DNA of 32,000 nt from positions 480,001 to 512,000 of the forward strand of contig NZ_CP064923.1 in the NCBI RefSeq assembly GCF_018336915.1, written 5' to 3'. A model generated the notes under the pieces. That model was not told where the DNA came from, ran no database searches, and saw only the letters and a list, made by a program, of their open reading frames with translations. The stretch comes from Acaryochloris marina S15. GTDB taxonomy: Bacteria > Cyanobacteriota > Cyanobacteriia > Thermosynechococcales > Thermosynechococcaceae. The position numbers and the translations under genes were made by a program. This document shows, one piece after another, positions 1 to 10,498 of this stretch. Every line of letters starts with the position of its first letter. Positions within the stretch are counted from its first letter, which is position 1.

Positions 1-645
1 CTCTGATGCGCTCGGTAGTACATTGACGGAAGGGGTTGCATAGGGACCCAGTTTCATACCACCTATCATGAAGCGGATAAAGTCGCCCAGGGATTCCAAC
101 AAGCGGGCACTACGCAGTGGACCACAGTCAATGGGATTAAACCCAATCTCGCTAGCTAACGTCATTGCAGTTTGCCGTGCCGCAGGATGGTCACCGCAGA
201 CATAGGCCGAAACCTGATGCTCTTTGAGTGGTTGAGGTGATAGCTCAAAGACTTCTTGGGCCATGGTATTGAAGGCTTTGATGACATGGGCATTGGGAAT
301 GTCTGCCGCTAACTCTTCGGCTAAAGATTCCGCCATCAAAGGACCGTAGGCAAACCCTTCAGGAATATCGCGATTGTTGCAGTCGAGGATCACTTTGCCA
401 GATAAGCTCTCGGTCGACGACAAAATGGCGGATGGCATCACACCTCGTACTGAGTAAAAGATCACCTCACCAAATTCAGCCGCCTCATCATTGGTGCCAC
501 TCTGAGTGTTGTGGCCTGCAAATTCAGCCACGGATTTTGCTCTGTTCGGATCCCGTGACCCCCAAAAGACTTCGTGTCCCTGCTCCGCCCAGAGAATACC
601 GAGGGATCTCGACATGTTGCCGGTCCCAATCAATCCAATTTTCAT
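1..645 (-). CDS. NADP oxidoreductase, coenzyme F420-dependent / NpdG-like Rossmann family (paralog A; 3' end runs off the window)
   Basis: Absent from the ORF track because no stop lies in the window. Translating the minus strand from the ATG at 645-643 gives MKIGLIGTGNMSRSLGILWAEQGHEVFWGSRDPNR..., colinear with the 3085-3762 product. The frame stays open to base 1 (215 codons). N-terminal GxGxxG dinucleotide-binding motif. Confidence 0.8.
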   Translation of the reverse strand, partial: MKIGLIGTGNMSRSLGILWAEQGHEVFWGSRDPNRAKSVAEFAGHNTQSGTNDEAAEFGEVIFYSVRGVMPSAILSSTESLSGKVILDCNNRDIPEGFAYGPLMAESLAEELAADIPNAHVIKAFNTMAQEVFELSPQPLKEHQVSAYVCGDHPAARQTAMTLASEIGFNPIDCGPLRSARLLESLGDFIRFMIGGMKLGPYATPSVNVLPSASE

Positions 646-700
646 GACGTTTCTCTCAGATCCTGATCAATCATGGGTTCACACGGATTAACTTGTGTGT

Positions 701-846
701 CTACTGACTAGACTTCTGGTAAGTAACAAATCCTCTTCTCCAATCGGTGTATGAGTTGATCGAGGTAATATTTCCGCCATCAACGCGGTGGTTGGTACCA
801 CTAATGAAATCTGCAAAAAGACTGGCTAGATAGGCCACCCAACTTA
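701..846 (-). pseudogene. Short-chain dehydrogenase C-terminal remnant
   Basis: The minus-strand frame reads ...SWVAYLASLFADFISGTNHRVDGGNITS... up to a TAG at 703-701. The (V)AYLAS(D)..(F)I(T)G....VDGG motif is the conserved SDR C-terminus. No matching N-terminal Rossmann part or start codon lies upstream. Confidence 0.35.
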
Positions 847-1052
847 TGGAATTGGACAATGCACGTCATTGCTTTTTCTCCCGTTGATGCTTGCTCTGAT
901 CGCTGATTCGTGATGTGTCATAGCTGCTACTGGATCAATATCGCTGCAGCCGTTATGAATAAATAGGTTGATGTTCTATCGGTAGACTAAAGAGCTTCCA
1001 TGAATTAGTCAAACGCATGAAATTGATATTAGACATTAATTTCATGCATGTG

Positions 1053-2165
1053 TTATTCCACTCCAACGGGTTTTCCCTCAATTTTGACTCGGGAATAGTA
1101 GCTCTCCGGTTTATCTCCAACCGTTGCCCCTCCGGTCAACATGGCCTGCATGTCAGGGGTAAAGAAGGAGTAAGGAAAGCTGGGATGATTGTGACTGGCT
1201 TGAGTGAGGCGATCTCTGCATTCCATCGGTAGATCAAAATCAAGGGCCTTGAGATTATCTTCAAGTTGATGTAGTTTTGTGGCTCCAACGATGACGGATG
1301 CAATCCCCGGTTGGTTCGCAGCCCAATTAACGGCAACTTGAGCCATACTATGACCCACTTCTTTGGCCACGGATTCTAGCTCAGCCACAATTTTCCAGTT
1401 GCGGTCCGTGAATTTGTTGAAGACTGGGTTATCGGCTCCTGCCAACGTCCCTAAGCGTCCTGCACCTTCATTGCCCTGTTCACTGGGTTTGTATTTCCCG
1501 CTCAACAGGCCACTGGCTAATGGACTCCAGGCCATAACGCCCATCCCGTGCTGTGTACCGAGGGGAATAAATTCACTCTCAATATTGCGTTCAACGAGGG
1601 AGTATTCCAGCTGCAGGGAAGCAAGGGGTTCGTATCCTCGGAGTTCGGCAATGGTTTGAGCACGGGATGCATACCAAGCTGGAATATCTGATAGACCCAC
1701 ATAGCGAACTTTTCCAGCTCGAACGAGATCGTCTAATGTGCGCATGACTTCTTCTGCTGGGGTAAGACTGTCCCAGGTGTGGAGGATATAGAGATCGATA
1801 TAGTCCGTGTCTAGGCGCTGTAGCGATCCATCTACGGCTCTAAGAATATTTTTGCGACCGTTGCCGCCTGCGTTGGGGTTACCAGGGTCGGCGTTGTAGG
1901 AGAACTTGGTTGCGATCGCAACTCTGTCTCGCAAACCCCGCTCTCGGATCAATTCCCCGATCCAAGTCTCGCTGGTGCCGTTGGTATACATGTCGGCGGT
2001 ATCAATAAAATTGCCCCCAGCATCCACATAGGTATTGAAGAGCTGACTGGCAGTGTCTCGGTCGGCACCCCATCCCCACTCTGTGCCAAAAGTCATCGTG
2101 CCCAGGGCAAGACGACTGACCCGGAGGCCACTACAGCCCAAGGTGTAGTACTGATTAATAGACAT
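1053..2165 (-). CDS. Aldo/keto reductase family oxidoreductase
   Basis: 370-aa ORF. AKR hallmarks: LGTMTFG near the N-terminus, FIDTADMY, GLSD and an IVGATK..QLEDNL C-terminal block. Confidence 0.9.
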   Translation of the reverse strand: MSINQYYTLGCSGLRVSRLALGTMTFGTEWGWGADRDTASQLFNTYVDAGGNFIDTADMYTNGTSETWIGELIRERGLRDRVAIATKFSYNADPGNPNAGGNGRKNILRAVDGSLQRLDTDYIDLYILHTWDSLTPAEEVMRTLDDLVRAGKVRYVGLSDIPAWYASRAQTIAELRGYEPLASLQLEYSLVERNIESEFIPLGTQHGMGVMAWSPLASGLLSGKYKPSEQGNEGAGRLGTLAGADNPVFNKFTDRNWKIVAELESVAKEVGHSMAQVAVNWAANQPGIASVIVGATKLHQLEDNLKALDFDLPMECRDRLTQASHNHPSFPYSFFTPDMQAMLTGGATVGDKPESYYSRVKIEGKPVGVE

Positions 2166-2225
2166 CTCTATCTCCTCATGGTTCTGATCACAAACCCCAG
2201 TAACGCATTCAAATGGTTGTGCTAG

Positions 2226-2993
2226 CTAAAGACCACCATCCACACAAATTTGCTGTCCAGTCACCCATCGGCCTAAATCAGAGGCAAGAAAGAGGGCCGC
2301 TCGTGAAATGTCTTCAGCGGTTCCCAGTTCACCCAAAGCGGCTTGGCTGGCCATCCATTTCGTCTGTTCCTCTGGAGTGTCAGCGACCCAATCCGTGGCG
2401 GTGTAACCCGGTAGTAGGCTGTTGACCGTAATTTTCCTAGAGCTGAGTTCCCTCGCCCAAGCTCTTGTAAATTGCTCCAGAGCACCTTTGGAAGCTGCAT
2501 AAATACTCGACAGAGGCACATAATGCCGGGTCGAACCAGATGAAAGATTAATGATTCTGCCGCCATCGGGTATCAGCTTCACCATCTTGTGCACCAGAAA
2601 AAAAGGACCTTTGACATTAGTCGAGAAGAGCTGCTCAAACTCATCTTCTGTCACTTCTTCAAAGGGTTTACTGATGAACCGTCCGGCATTGTTGATCAGA
2701 ATATCGACCTTGCCAAACTCTGTTTCCATGGTTTGAGTGAGCTGGTTGATATCCCCTAGATTTGAGATATTAGACTGGTAGCCTTTAATTTTGCCTAAAC
2801 TGGATAATTCATCGACTAAAGCGTTTGCTTTCTCCGCATTAGTCACGTAAGTGAAGGCTACGGACACTCCTTGGTCTATGAGGTCTTTAACAATGGCTTT
2901 GCCAATGCCCCTAGACCCGCCGGTAACCAACGCAACTTTATCTTTTAGCTTCAATTTATCTGTAATCATTCTTTTTCCTTGTTTCTCATTCAT
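2226..2993 (-). CDS. SDR family NAD(P)-dependent oxidoreductase (3-oxoacyl-ACP reductase-like)
   Basis: Motifs TGGSRGIG cofactor loop, NNAG, YAASK catalytic Tyr/Lys and a VDGG C-terminus. The second ATG at 2969 (MITDKLKLKDKVALVTGG, preceded by AAGGA) is the more likely true start. Confidence 0.9.
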   Translation of the reverse strand: MNEKQGKRMITDKLKLKDKVALVTGGSRGIGKAIVKDLIDQGVSVAFTYVTNAEKANALVDELSSLGKIKGYQSNISNLGDINQLTQTMETEFGKVDILINNAGRFISKPFEEVTEDEFEQLFSTNVKGPFFLVHKMVKLIPDGGRIINLSSGSTRHYVPLSSIYAASKGALEQFTRAWARELSSRKITVNSLLPGYTATDWVADTPEEQTKWMASQAALGELGTAEDISRAALFLASDLGRWVTGQQICVDGGL

Positions 2994-3084
2994 TGAGACT
3001 GCTCTAACGTTGCTTCAATGCCATGACTGGTATTCGTGATCATTGGGCCAGGTTGATCCTGGACCTGGCAAGACGGATATAGCT

Positions 3085-3762
3085 CTAAGAACTCGGTTGT
3101 CGTCCACCCAGCCGCTGCTGCAACGCATCCGGCAGTATTTTGACCGAAATGGTTGCATAGGGACCTAGGTTCATCCCGCCGATCATGAAGCGGATAAAGT
3201 CACCCAGCGATTCCAACAGGCGAGCGCTACGGAGTGGACCACAGTCAACAGGGTTAAACCCAATTTCGCCAGCCAATACCATTGCTGTTTGTTTGGCCCC
3301 AGGGTGGTCACTACAGATATAAACCGAAACCTGATGCTCTGTGAGGGGCTGAGGCGATAGCTCAAACACTTCTTGGGCCATGGCATTGAACGCTTTGACC
3401 ACATGGGCTTTGGGGATATCCGCCGCCAGTTTCTCAGCTAAAGATTCCGCCATCAGAGGACCGTAGGTGAACCCTTCAGGAATATCGCGATTGTTGCAGT
3501 CGAGGATGACCTTGCCTGTGAGGTGATCAATGGATGATAAAACAACCGACGGCTTGATGCCCCGCACTGAATAAAAGATCACATCCCCAAACTCAGCCGC
3601 CTCATCATTGGTGCCACCTTGGGTCTTATGGTCTGCCAGCTCAGCCACAGATTTTGCTTTGTTCGGATCGCGTGACCCCCAAAAGACGTTGTGCCCCCGC
3701 TCAGCCCACAGGATGCCGAGGGATCTCGACATATTCCCAGTACCAATGAAGCCAATTTTCAT
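3085..3762 (-). CDS. NADP oxidoreductase, coenzyme F420-dependent / NpdG-like Rossmann family (paralog B)
   Basis: 225-aa ORF beginning MKIGFIGTGNMSRSLG (GxGxxG). Aligns along its whole length, at both DNA and protein level, with the partial gene at 1-645. Confidence 0.85.
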   Translation of the reverse strand: MKIGFIGTGNMSRSLGILWAERGHNVFWGSRDPNKAKSVAELADHKTQGGTNDEAAEFGDVIFYSVRGIKPSVVLSSIDHLTGKVILDCNNRDIPEGFTYGPLMAESLAEKLAADIPKAHVVKAFNAMAQEVFELSPQPLTEHQVSVYICSDHPGAKQTAMVLAGEIGFNPVDCGPLRSARLLESLGDFIRFMIGGMNLGPYATISVKILPDALQQRLGGRQPSS

Positions 3763-4224
3763 AACGTATCTGCCCCTGTATGTCTTTTTCAGCGCATTTG
3801 CTTAGCAAGCTTGCCCCGTTGAGTGTTGGACGCCTAGGCTGCCACTCTGTTCTCTCACTTCAAGATTGCGCCAACGCTGGGCTGCAACAGCCAGCCCAGG
3901 TTGAGATAGTATTGGCCACTGATTTCATGCCCCATCTATGGCCTCGCATTCAAATCAGAACACCACTACGCTAGATCCACGACTAGGCAGTGTATTGAAC
4001 ATTCTTTGGCAAAGTGTTCAGATCTTTGGGTGGATCGAATTTAATGTCAGAATTTATGGTCCAAAGATTTTGTATGAAGTGGGATTGCAGAGCACTTCAG
4101 TCCAATCTTCAGCACGGTATTCTAATGTGCTCTGTTTAGGTAAATCTAGTGGGTGTATTGAACTTACTTGCAAAAGTTTGTAGGGATCAGCAAAAATGAG
4201 CCAAAGCTATTTGCTACCAACAGC

Positions 4225-5103
4225 ATGAACTCTCAATCTCCTCAGTTATTGGAGGCTGTTCCCCAAGAGTGGATCGTTTCTCAGCAAATCATTAAGGCTG
4301 GAGGCTTGACCATCTCGCATCATGTTGAGCCACCCTCAGATCTTGTGATCTCTGCCCTGAGTCAGCATGTATTGAACGTTACTCTCAGTCACGACAATAC
4401 TCAACAATTTACCCAAATTGGGAAACAGAAGTATAGTGGCCCCCAACCGTCAGGATCATTCTGGCTAGCGGTAGCGAATGATATGCCGTGTCGTTGGTGC
4501 TGGGAGAGTGTTGACGAAACCATGGTGTTCGATATTGATCCGCTCTATTTGCAGACATTTGCAATGGAAAACGGCTATCATGCCCCCGAACGACTGGAAT
4601 TGAAATCTATTTCTTTTAGTCACGATCCTCAGCTAGAGATGCTGGCTCAGCAGTACCATCGCGAAATTCAGCAAGGAGGCTTAGGGGGACGACTCTACAG
4701 TGAAGCCTTGGGCAATCTTTTTCTGCTACATATACTCAGAAATTACTGTTATCAACGCCCTAAGTTCCGCCAATATGACAAAGGCTTAGGGGATAAACGA
4801 TTGAAGCGAGTCTTAGCTTATATTGAACAACATTTAGCCGAAAATATTGGCTTACAGAAATTAGCTACCGTTGCGGGCCTCAGCCAATGCCACTTCTCTG
4901 AGATGTTTAAAAAATCCCTTGGTGTTCCTCCCTATCGGTATGTTCTACTCCAACGCCTTGAGCGAGCGAAACGCTATCTCAGACAAAGCGATCGCCCGAT
5001 TATTGATGTGGCTTTAATCTGTGGATTTGCCGATCAGAGTCACCTAACCAAACACTTTCGCAAATCTGTGGGTATGACACCTAGAGCGTTTAGAGAGTCT
5101 TGA
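4225..5103 (+). CDS. AraC family transcriptional regulator
   Basis: The C-terminal ~100 aa carry the AraC double helix-turn-helix (LAENIGLQKLATVAGLSQCHFSEMFKK...GFADQSHLTKHFRKSVGMTPRAFR). The ORF is open from TTG 4168; the first ATG is 4225. It is divergent from the oxidoreductase cluster. Confidence 0.85.
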   Translation: MNSQSPQLLEAVPQEWIVSQQIIKAGGLTISHHVEPPSDLVISALSQHVLNVTLSHDNTQQFTQIGKQKYSGPQPSGSFWLAVANDMPCRWCWESVDETMVFDIDPLYLQTFAMENGYHAPERLELKSISFSHDPQLEMLAQQYHREIQQGGLGGRLYSEALGNLFLLHILRNYCYQRPKFRQYDKGLGDKRLKRVLAYIEQHLAENIGLQKLATVAGLSQCHFSEMFKKSLGVPPYRYVLLQRLERAKRYLRQSDRPIIDVALICGFADQSHLTKHFRKSVGMTPRAFRES

Positions 5104-5286
5104 ACATACAGCGAATGAATCAGGTTTCAATGTAGCCGACTATCCAGCAAACAATGGCTTTCTGTAGTTGAAGCACACCCCAGATTTCTTGTGGTAAAGC
5201 AGGTTGCGATCGCAACTTCTGCATCAGCTATTCATATGTCTGCTGCTTGAGCTATTCGATCACCAAACGTCTTATCAAAAATCAGC

Positions 5287-6150
5287 CTAACGGAACAGAA
5301 GCACTGGCACTTGCACACTTCTCAGGAGCTGAACCGTGGTACTACCAATCACAAGGTGGCGTATGCGTCGGTGACCATAGGCCCCCATCAGTAACAGGCT
5401 CATTTTGTTTTGCTCAATATAGTCGGAAATTACCTTTTCAGGGGCTCCTGTGGACAGGGTGGTCGTCACGGTCAGTCCTGCCTGTTGCAGCGTTTTCTCG
5501 GCATCAGCTAACTCCTGGGATTTCACTGCATCCGACTCTTTTTTTGCCACTGTCAGCAGATGAATCTCAATATCCTTGAACCCTGGGGCACTGTCCACTA
5601 GGAAGTTCAAGACCCGCTTGCCCGTGGGGCTACCGTCATAAGCCACCAGTAGACTCTCAATCGGGGCAAAGGTTTGGGGAGTCACCAGGCAGGGCTTGGC
5701 ACTGCTGCGCACAATTCGATCCACGTTGGCCCCCAAATGCCCTGAGGCAAACTCCGCTGCCTCCCCCCGCTTGCCCAGCACGATCAGGTCGGATTCGGCC
5801 TCAAAATCATGGAAGCAGTCTACAAGGAAGCCCGTGGGGTTGAGCAGTTCTAGATTACTGAGCCCTTCTGCCTTGAGGACTTGCTCCGCATTGTGCAGAA
5901 TCAACTTTGCCCGTTGTTTGTTGAGCTTGGCTTTTTCATGCTCCAGGTTCACCAATTCGTTTAACAGCTGCTCGGATGCCCCAAGACCAATACTGCCGCT
6001 GAGATTGCCGGTGGAAACGACCTTTTGGCGAATATCACTGACAAACAGAACCTTCATCTGAGCCTGAAGTTGGTGAGCAAACCAGGCTCCATATTTATAA
6101 ATGCCGTCTGCAAAGGCAGACCCATCAGAGCAGAGAAGAATGGTTTTCAT
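5287..6150 (-). CDS. Universal stress protein, tandem Usp domains
   Basis: 287 aa with two repeats of the Usp fold pattern (ILLCSDGS...LIVLGKRG..., then LVAYDGS...LLLMGAYGHRRIRHLVIGSTT). Confidence 0.8.
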   Translation of the reverse strand: MKTILLCSDGSAFADGIYKYGAWFAHQLQAQMKVLFVSDIRQKVVSTGNLSGSIGLGASEQLLNELVNLEHEKAKLNKQRAKLILHNAEQVLKAEGLSNLELLNPTGFLVDCFHDFEAESDLIVLGKRGEAAEFASGHLGANVDRIVRSSAKPCLVTPQTFAPIESLLVAYDGSPTGKRVLNFLVDSAPGFKDIEIHLLTVAKKESDAVKSQELADAEKTLQQAGLTVTTTLSTGAPEKVISDYIEQNKMSLLLMGAYGHRRIRHLVIGSTTVQLLRSVQVPVLLFR

Positions 6151-6189
6151 ACGGGTGGTTTCCCTAAAGGATGGCGGGCAAGTGTAGGA

Positions 6190-7692
6190 CTAAGACGGGT
6201 CGTTGGAGATCAGTTCCTCATCCGTGGCAAGGCGATTCAGCAGGGTGGTGCTGGCTTCATTCAGACCCACCACATTCACTTCGATCCCTTGACGGCGAAA
6301 CTTCTGTACGGCTTTGTCGAGCATTTCCACCGCCCCTTGGTCCCATAGATGGGCATGGCTGAGGTCAATGGTCACCTGCTCGACGAGTTCAGAAAAGTTA
6401 AAGGAGGCCATAAATTCATCCCGAGACAGAAAGAAAATCTGTCCAGACACCTTATAGACGCGATGGGTTCCCTCTTCCAGCATCACCCGATCCACCAGCA
6501 CCAGCTCGGCGATTTTACGGGAGAAAAACACGGTACTCATAACGATACCCGTGGCCACTCCTAGGGCAAAGTTACGGGTAAAGATAATTACAAACATCGT
6601 CGTCAGCATGACCACGACTTCACTGCGGGGGACCCGAGGAATATTGGTGAAGGATGACCAGCGGAAGGTACCAATGGACACCATGATCATCACTGCCACC
6701 AGGGCAGCCATGGGCATCTGTCTCACCCAGTCTTGCAGGAACAGAATCGCCCCCAATAAAAAGATGCCAGCCGCCAGACTAGATAGACGACCTCGGCCTC
6801 CAGACTGGACATTGATCACGGACTGACCAATCATGCCGCACCCTGCCATACCGCCAAAGAAGGCTGTGACCATATTGGCAATGCCCTGGCCTTTGGCTTC
6901 TTGGTTCTTGTCGCTAGGGGTATCGGTCAAATCGTCCACTAGAGAGGCGGTTAGGAAAGAGGCCAACAGCCCGACAATCGCCAGAGTTAGGGAATAAGGC
7001 AGGATAATGTTTAAGGTCTCTAGATTGAAGGGTACCTGGGGTAGGGCAAATAAAGGCGGTGTCGTGGGCAGCTCCCCCATATCGCCTACGGTGGGCACAT
7101 CCAGACGCAGGGCAATGGCAGCAATGGTCATGACTGCCAAGGCGACTAGAGGCGAAGGTACCGCCTTAGTAAAGCGAGGCAAGATATAGATAATCCCCAG
7201 GGAAAGCACGGTAAGTACATAAACCATGGGGGGCACGTTTGTGAGCTGGGGCAGCTGTGCCATAAAGATGAGGACGGCCAGGGCATTGATATAGCCAATC
7301 ATCACGGCTCGGGGCACAAATTTCATTTGGCGACCCAGTTGGAGCACCCCAAAGATCACCTGAAAAATGCCGGTCAAAAAGGTGGCCGCCAGCAGATATT
7401 GCAATCCATGCTCTTTGACTAAATCCACCATCAGCAGAGCCATGGCTCCGGTGGCTGCCGAGATAGAACCGGGACGTCCCCCGAGGAAAGAGGTAATCAC
7501 GGCAATAATAAAGGAGGCATAGAGCCCGACCTTAGGATCCACCCCAGCAATGATCGAAAAGGCGATGGCTTCCGGAATCAGGGCTAGGCCGACCACGGCC
7601 CCGGATAGCAGGTCGGCCTTGGGATTAACCAACCACTCCCGTTTAAGAGCGCGCAAATTGAGAGAGCGGACGTTGAGATTGGGAATGTTCAA
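6190..7692 (-). CDS. SulP family inorganic anion transporter with C-terminal STAS domain
   Basis: 500 aa and polytopic. SulP N-terminal signature ([25 protein letters not shown]). C-terminal STAS-like anti-sigma-antagonist fold ([12 protein letters not shown]...[17 protein letters not shown]). Confidence 0.85.
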   Translation of the reverse strand: MNIPNLNVRSLNLRALKREWLVNPKADLLSGAVVGLALIPEAIAFSIIAGVDPKVGLYASFIIAVITSFLGGRPGSISAATGAMALLMVDLVKEHGLQYLLAATFLTGIFQVIFGVLQLGRQMKFVPRAVMIGYINALAVLIFMAQLPQLTNVPPMVYVLTVLSLGIIYILPRFTKAVPSPLVALAVMTIAAIALRLDVPTVGDMGELPTTPPLFALPQVPFNLETLNIILPYSLTLAIVGLLASFLTASLVDDLTDTPSDKNQEAKGQGIANMVTAFFGGMAGCGMIGQSVINVQSGGRGRLSSLAAGIFLLGAILFLQDWVRQMPMAALVAVMIMVSIGTFRWSSFTNIPRVPRSEVVVMLTTMFVIIFTRNFALGVATGIVMSTVFFSRKIAELVLVDRVMLEEGTHRVYKVSGQIFFLSRDEFMASFNFSELVEQVTIDLSHAHLWDQGAVEMLDKAVQKFRRQGIEVNVVGLNEASTTLLNRLATDEELISNDPS

Positions 7693-8194
7693 GGGGTCTC
7701 CTTAAGCCTGAAAACGTAAATCTTGGTGAGTGGGGGAGAAATTGGTCAGTCTCGGTTGTCAGTGGGACGCTAGATGAAACCTTTACAACGGAGCTATGGA
7801 TGGGGTGAGTGAGGTGTAGTGGGCTGATTGGGGGGCAGTGCCGCATCAGCTCATTGACTCCGAGTGGTCCTCACAAATCCCCATTGCTTGAGTTGCCCAG
7901 CGTTCCTGTGATGCCTTCCCTATATTGAAGCGACCTAGCTGCTGGCCGATGTTCTTGGGAATTGAGAAAGAGCACCATCGTTTGCGAGTAGATTTGCTTA
8001 ATAATTTTTTAATATATGCCTATCTAAAGACAAATCGGTGGCAGTGTCTAGGGGGACAAAAAAGAGAAGGCAATGATCGTGTGGCGGCGTCTTGGGTGGG
8101 GAGAAACCATTTAGCGTAACGGTATGGCGATTGCCTTCCTGCTGTACCCTTAACAAATGTTGGTTATTGACTCCTGTTCTGGGACTTCAGCGGT

Positions 8195-9088
8195 ATGAAA
8201 CGATTTTTACTCCCTAGCTTGTTGGGGTTATTGCTGGTTGCTTGCTCAGCACCGGAAAGCTCGACTCCTCGCCAACAGCCTTTTGTGGCTGGGGCTATCC
8301 CCGATCAAGACCCTGAAAAGCTCCAGCGTCTTTACAGCAAGTTAGCCACTTACTTAGAAGCCGAGTTAGAGGTTCCCGTTACCTATAAACCCGTCAATAA
8401 CTACGCGGCTGCGGTCACTGCTTTTCGAGTGGGGGATCTAGACATGGTTTGGTTTGGCGGCCTGACAGGGGTGCAGGCACGTCTACAGGTCCCTAAGGCC
8501 CAAGCCATTGCCCAGCGAGAAATTGATGCCAAGTTTACCAGTGTCTTTATCGCTAATAAATCGAGTGGGATTCAACCTTTTGAAGCAGTTAAGGGATTGC
8601 AAGCACTCAAAGGTCGGACCCTTACCTTTGGGAGTGAATCCTCTACCTCGGGACGGCTAATGCCCCAATACTTTATGCAGGAGGCCAACCTCACCCTCAA
8701 AGATCTCAAGGGTAATGTGGGATTCTCAGGGTCCCACGATACGACGATTAAAGTGGTAGAAGCTGGAACCTATGAAGTGGGAGCCTTAAACTCCCAAGTC
8801 TGGAAGGATCGGGTGGCTGAAGGCAAGGTGGATTTAGAGAAAGTCCAGGTGATTTGGGCAACCCCCTCTTATTTTGACTATCATTGGGTGATCAATCCCC
8901 AGGTGAGCGAACGCTACGGTCCCGACTTTATTCCTAAAGTTCAGGCGGCCCTACTTAAGCTCGACCCCGCTGTCCCGGAGCAGGCAGAAATTTTGGATCT
9001 CTTTGGGGGGAGTTCGTTTATCAAGACCGATAATAGTAACTATGCTCAAATTGAAGCGATTGGCCGCCAAATCGGCAAGATCAAATAG
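8195..9088 (+). CDS. PhnD-type (phosphonate/phosphite family) ABC transporter substrate-binding lipoprotein
   Basis: Lipoprotein signal with lipobox LLVAC. PhnD-family blocks (GDLDMVWFGGLTGVQA, TFGSESSTSGRLMPQYF, GSHDTTIKVVEAG). The true ligand cannot be read from the sequence. Confidence 0.75.
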   Translation: MKRFLLPSLLGLLLVACSAPESSTPRQQPFVAGAIPDQDPEKLQRLYSKLATYLEAELEVPVTYKPVNNYAAAVTAFRVGDLDMVWFGGLTGVQARLQVPKAQAIAQREIDAKFTSVFIANKSSGIQPFEAVKGLQALKGRTLTFGSESSTSGRLMPQYFMQEANLTLKDLKGNVGFSGSHDTTIKVVEAGTYEVGALNSQVWKDRVAEGKVDLEKVQVIWATPSYFDYHWVINPQVSERYGPDFIPKVQAALLKLDPAVPEQAEILDLFGGSSFIKTDNSNYAQIEAIGRQIGKIK

Positions 9089-9833
9089 CGGTATTCTGTC
9101 GCTGCAACAGGTGAGTCATCGGTTTGGTGATGTGTCTGCTCTAGCCGATGTCAGTTTTGCTATCTATCCCGGCCAAATTATCGCTTTAATTGGTTCTAGC
9201 GGTGCTGGCAAAAGCACGCTGTTGCAGTTACTCAATGGCACCCTTCAGCCCACCGCAGGTGAGGTTTGGGCCATGGGACAGCCTTGGCAAGCCCGCTCGG
9301 CCCGGCGGATTCAACGACAAATTGGCACCATTTACCAGCAACTCCATTTGGTGCCCTCATTACGAGTGATCCATAACGTCAATGCGGGGCACCTAGGGCG
9401 TTGGCCTTTTTGGAAGGCGGCGGCATCCTTGGTGTGGCCGCTAGAAGTGGAGACCGCCCAAGCAGCCCTAGCCCAGGTGGGCATTCCCGATAAGCTCTAT
9501 GCCCGCACGGATCGTCTTTCTGGGGGGCAGCAGCAGCGGGTGGCCCTTGCCAGAGTCTTAGTGCAAGATCCAGCGATTATGCTGGCTGACGAACCCATTG
9601 CCAGTCTCGATCCAGAACGCAGCCACGACATTATGCGGCTGCTCAGTCGTCTAGTGCGGGAGCGGGGTAAGACCCTGGTGGTGAGTTTGCATGGGGTGGA
9701 CTATGCGCAGCGGTATTGCGATCGCATCATCGGTCTCAAGCAGGGCCAAATCCAGTTTGATCTGCCCGCCCAGGACGTCACCCCCAACCAGCTCCGTCAT
9801 CTCTATCAGCTCGACAACCCACCTTCTGGCTAG
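9003..9833 (+). CDS. PhnC-type ABC transporter ATP-binding protein
   Basis: Walker A GSSGAGKST, signature LSGGQQQRVALAR, Walker B MLADEP. ATG 9003 overlaps the upstream gene by 86 nt. The usual distance to Walker A suggests a downstream start (in-frame ATG 9042 or GTG 9111). Confidence 0.8.
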   Translation: MGGVRLSRPIIVTMLKLKRLAAKSARSNSGILSLQQVSHRFGDVSALADVSFAIYPGQIIALIGSSGAGKSTLLQLLNGTLQPTAGEVWAMGQPWQARSARRIQRQIGTIYQQLHLVPSLRVIHNVNAGHLGRWPFWKAAASLVWPLEVETAQAALAQVGIPDKLYARTDRLSGGQQQRVALARVLVQDPAIMLADEPIASLDPERSHDIMRLLSRLVRERGKTLVVSLHGVDYAQRYCDRIIGLKQGQIQFDLPAQDVTPNQLRHLYQLDNPPSG

Positions 9834-9872
9834 GTCAGTACAATCAAGATCGGCCCCTCAATCCTTGTCGCC

Positions 9873-10451
9873 ATGTCGTCCCTTTCCGCTCCCTCTGCCC
9901 CCACCGCCACAGAAGCCGTGTATCGAATTTCACCGCTGATTCGGTATAGTCTTTGGCTGCTGTACTTTGCCCTCGTGGTTCCCCTGCCGATCTTGGCAAA
10001 AGTGAATCAGGTAGGAGCTGTTACCCAAGGCAGTCTTTACGTGGGTTTAGGACTGGGGGTGGTGGCGTTAGCCGCAGCCTTAAGTGAGCAAGTCTATCTT
10101 TCCGCCACAGGGATGGAGATTCGCTATCCCCAGTGGGTTCCAACTTGGTTTCGACAGGGCTGGGCTCTGACCTGGCCAGAAATAACGGCCATTAAGCCTC
10201 GGCGTACAGGACAAGGTGGTCTGGTCTATTATCTGATTACTCCCAGTGGTTCAGCCCAACTCTTGCCCATGCGGGTGGCTGGATTTGCCCAAATGACCCG
10301 CACCATCGAAGACCAAACCGGCTTAAAAATGGTGGCCGTTAAACCCCTCGCCCAAGTCTGGATGTACGGCATGTTACTGGGTTTCGGACTCCTATTAGCC
10401 CTGGCTGATGTTTGGATTCTATGGACGGGTATCAGCTATTTAGGTGGATAG
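9873..10451 (+). CDS. Hypothetical membrane protein
   Basis: 192-aa ORF with hydrophobic segments at both ends (LWLLYFALVVPLPIL, VGLGLGVVALAAAL, MYGMLLGFGLLLALADVWILW). No family recognised, and it is not PhnE-like. Confidence 0.55.
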   Translation: MSSLSAPSAPTATEAVYRISPLIRYSLWLLYFALVVPLPILAKVNQVGAVTQGSLYVGLGLGVVALAAALSEQVYLSATGMEIRYPQWVPTWFRQGWALTWPEITAIKPRRTGQGGLVYYLITPSGSAQLLPMRVAGFAQMTRTIEDQTGLKMVAVKPLAQVWMYGMLLGFGLLLALADVWILWTGISYLGG

Positions 10452-10498
10452 AATCGCGACGTGCAGATAACTCAGGGAGCGGTGAGTTTCCGCACCAC

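Noticed and set aside
432-691. Track ORFs antisense to or nested in well-supported genes. Examples: 432-647, 506-691, 1017-1232, 1363-1659, 2273-2566, 3608-3805, 5696-6061, 6551-6826, 13254-13568, 16220-16642, 19670-20017, 24897-25229, 29993-30472 and 30741-31049.
   Set aside because: All overlap longer ORFs that carry clear family motifs. Their translations are Arg/Ser/Pro-rich or low-complexity, as expected from the opposite strand or off-frames of real genes.
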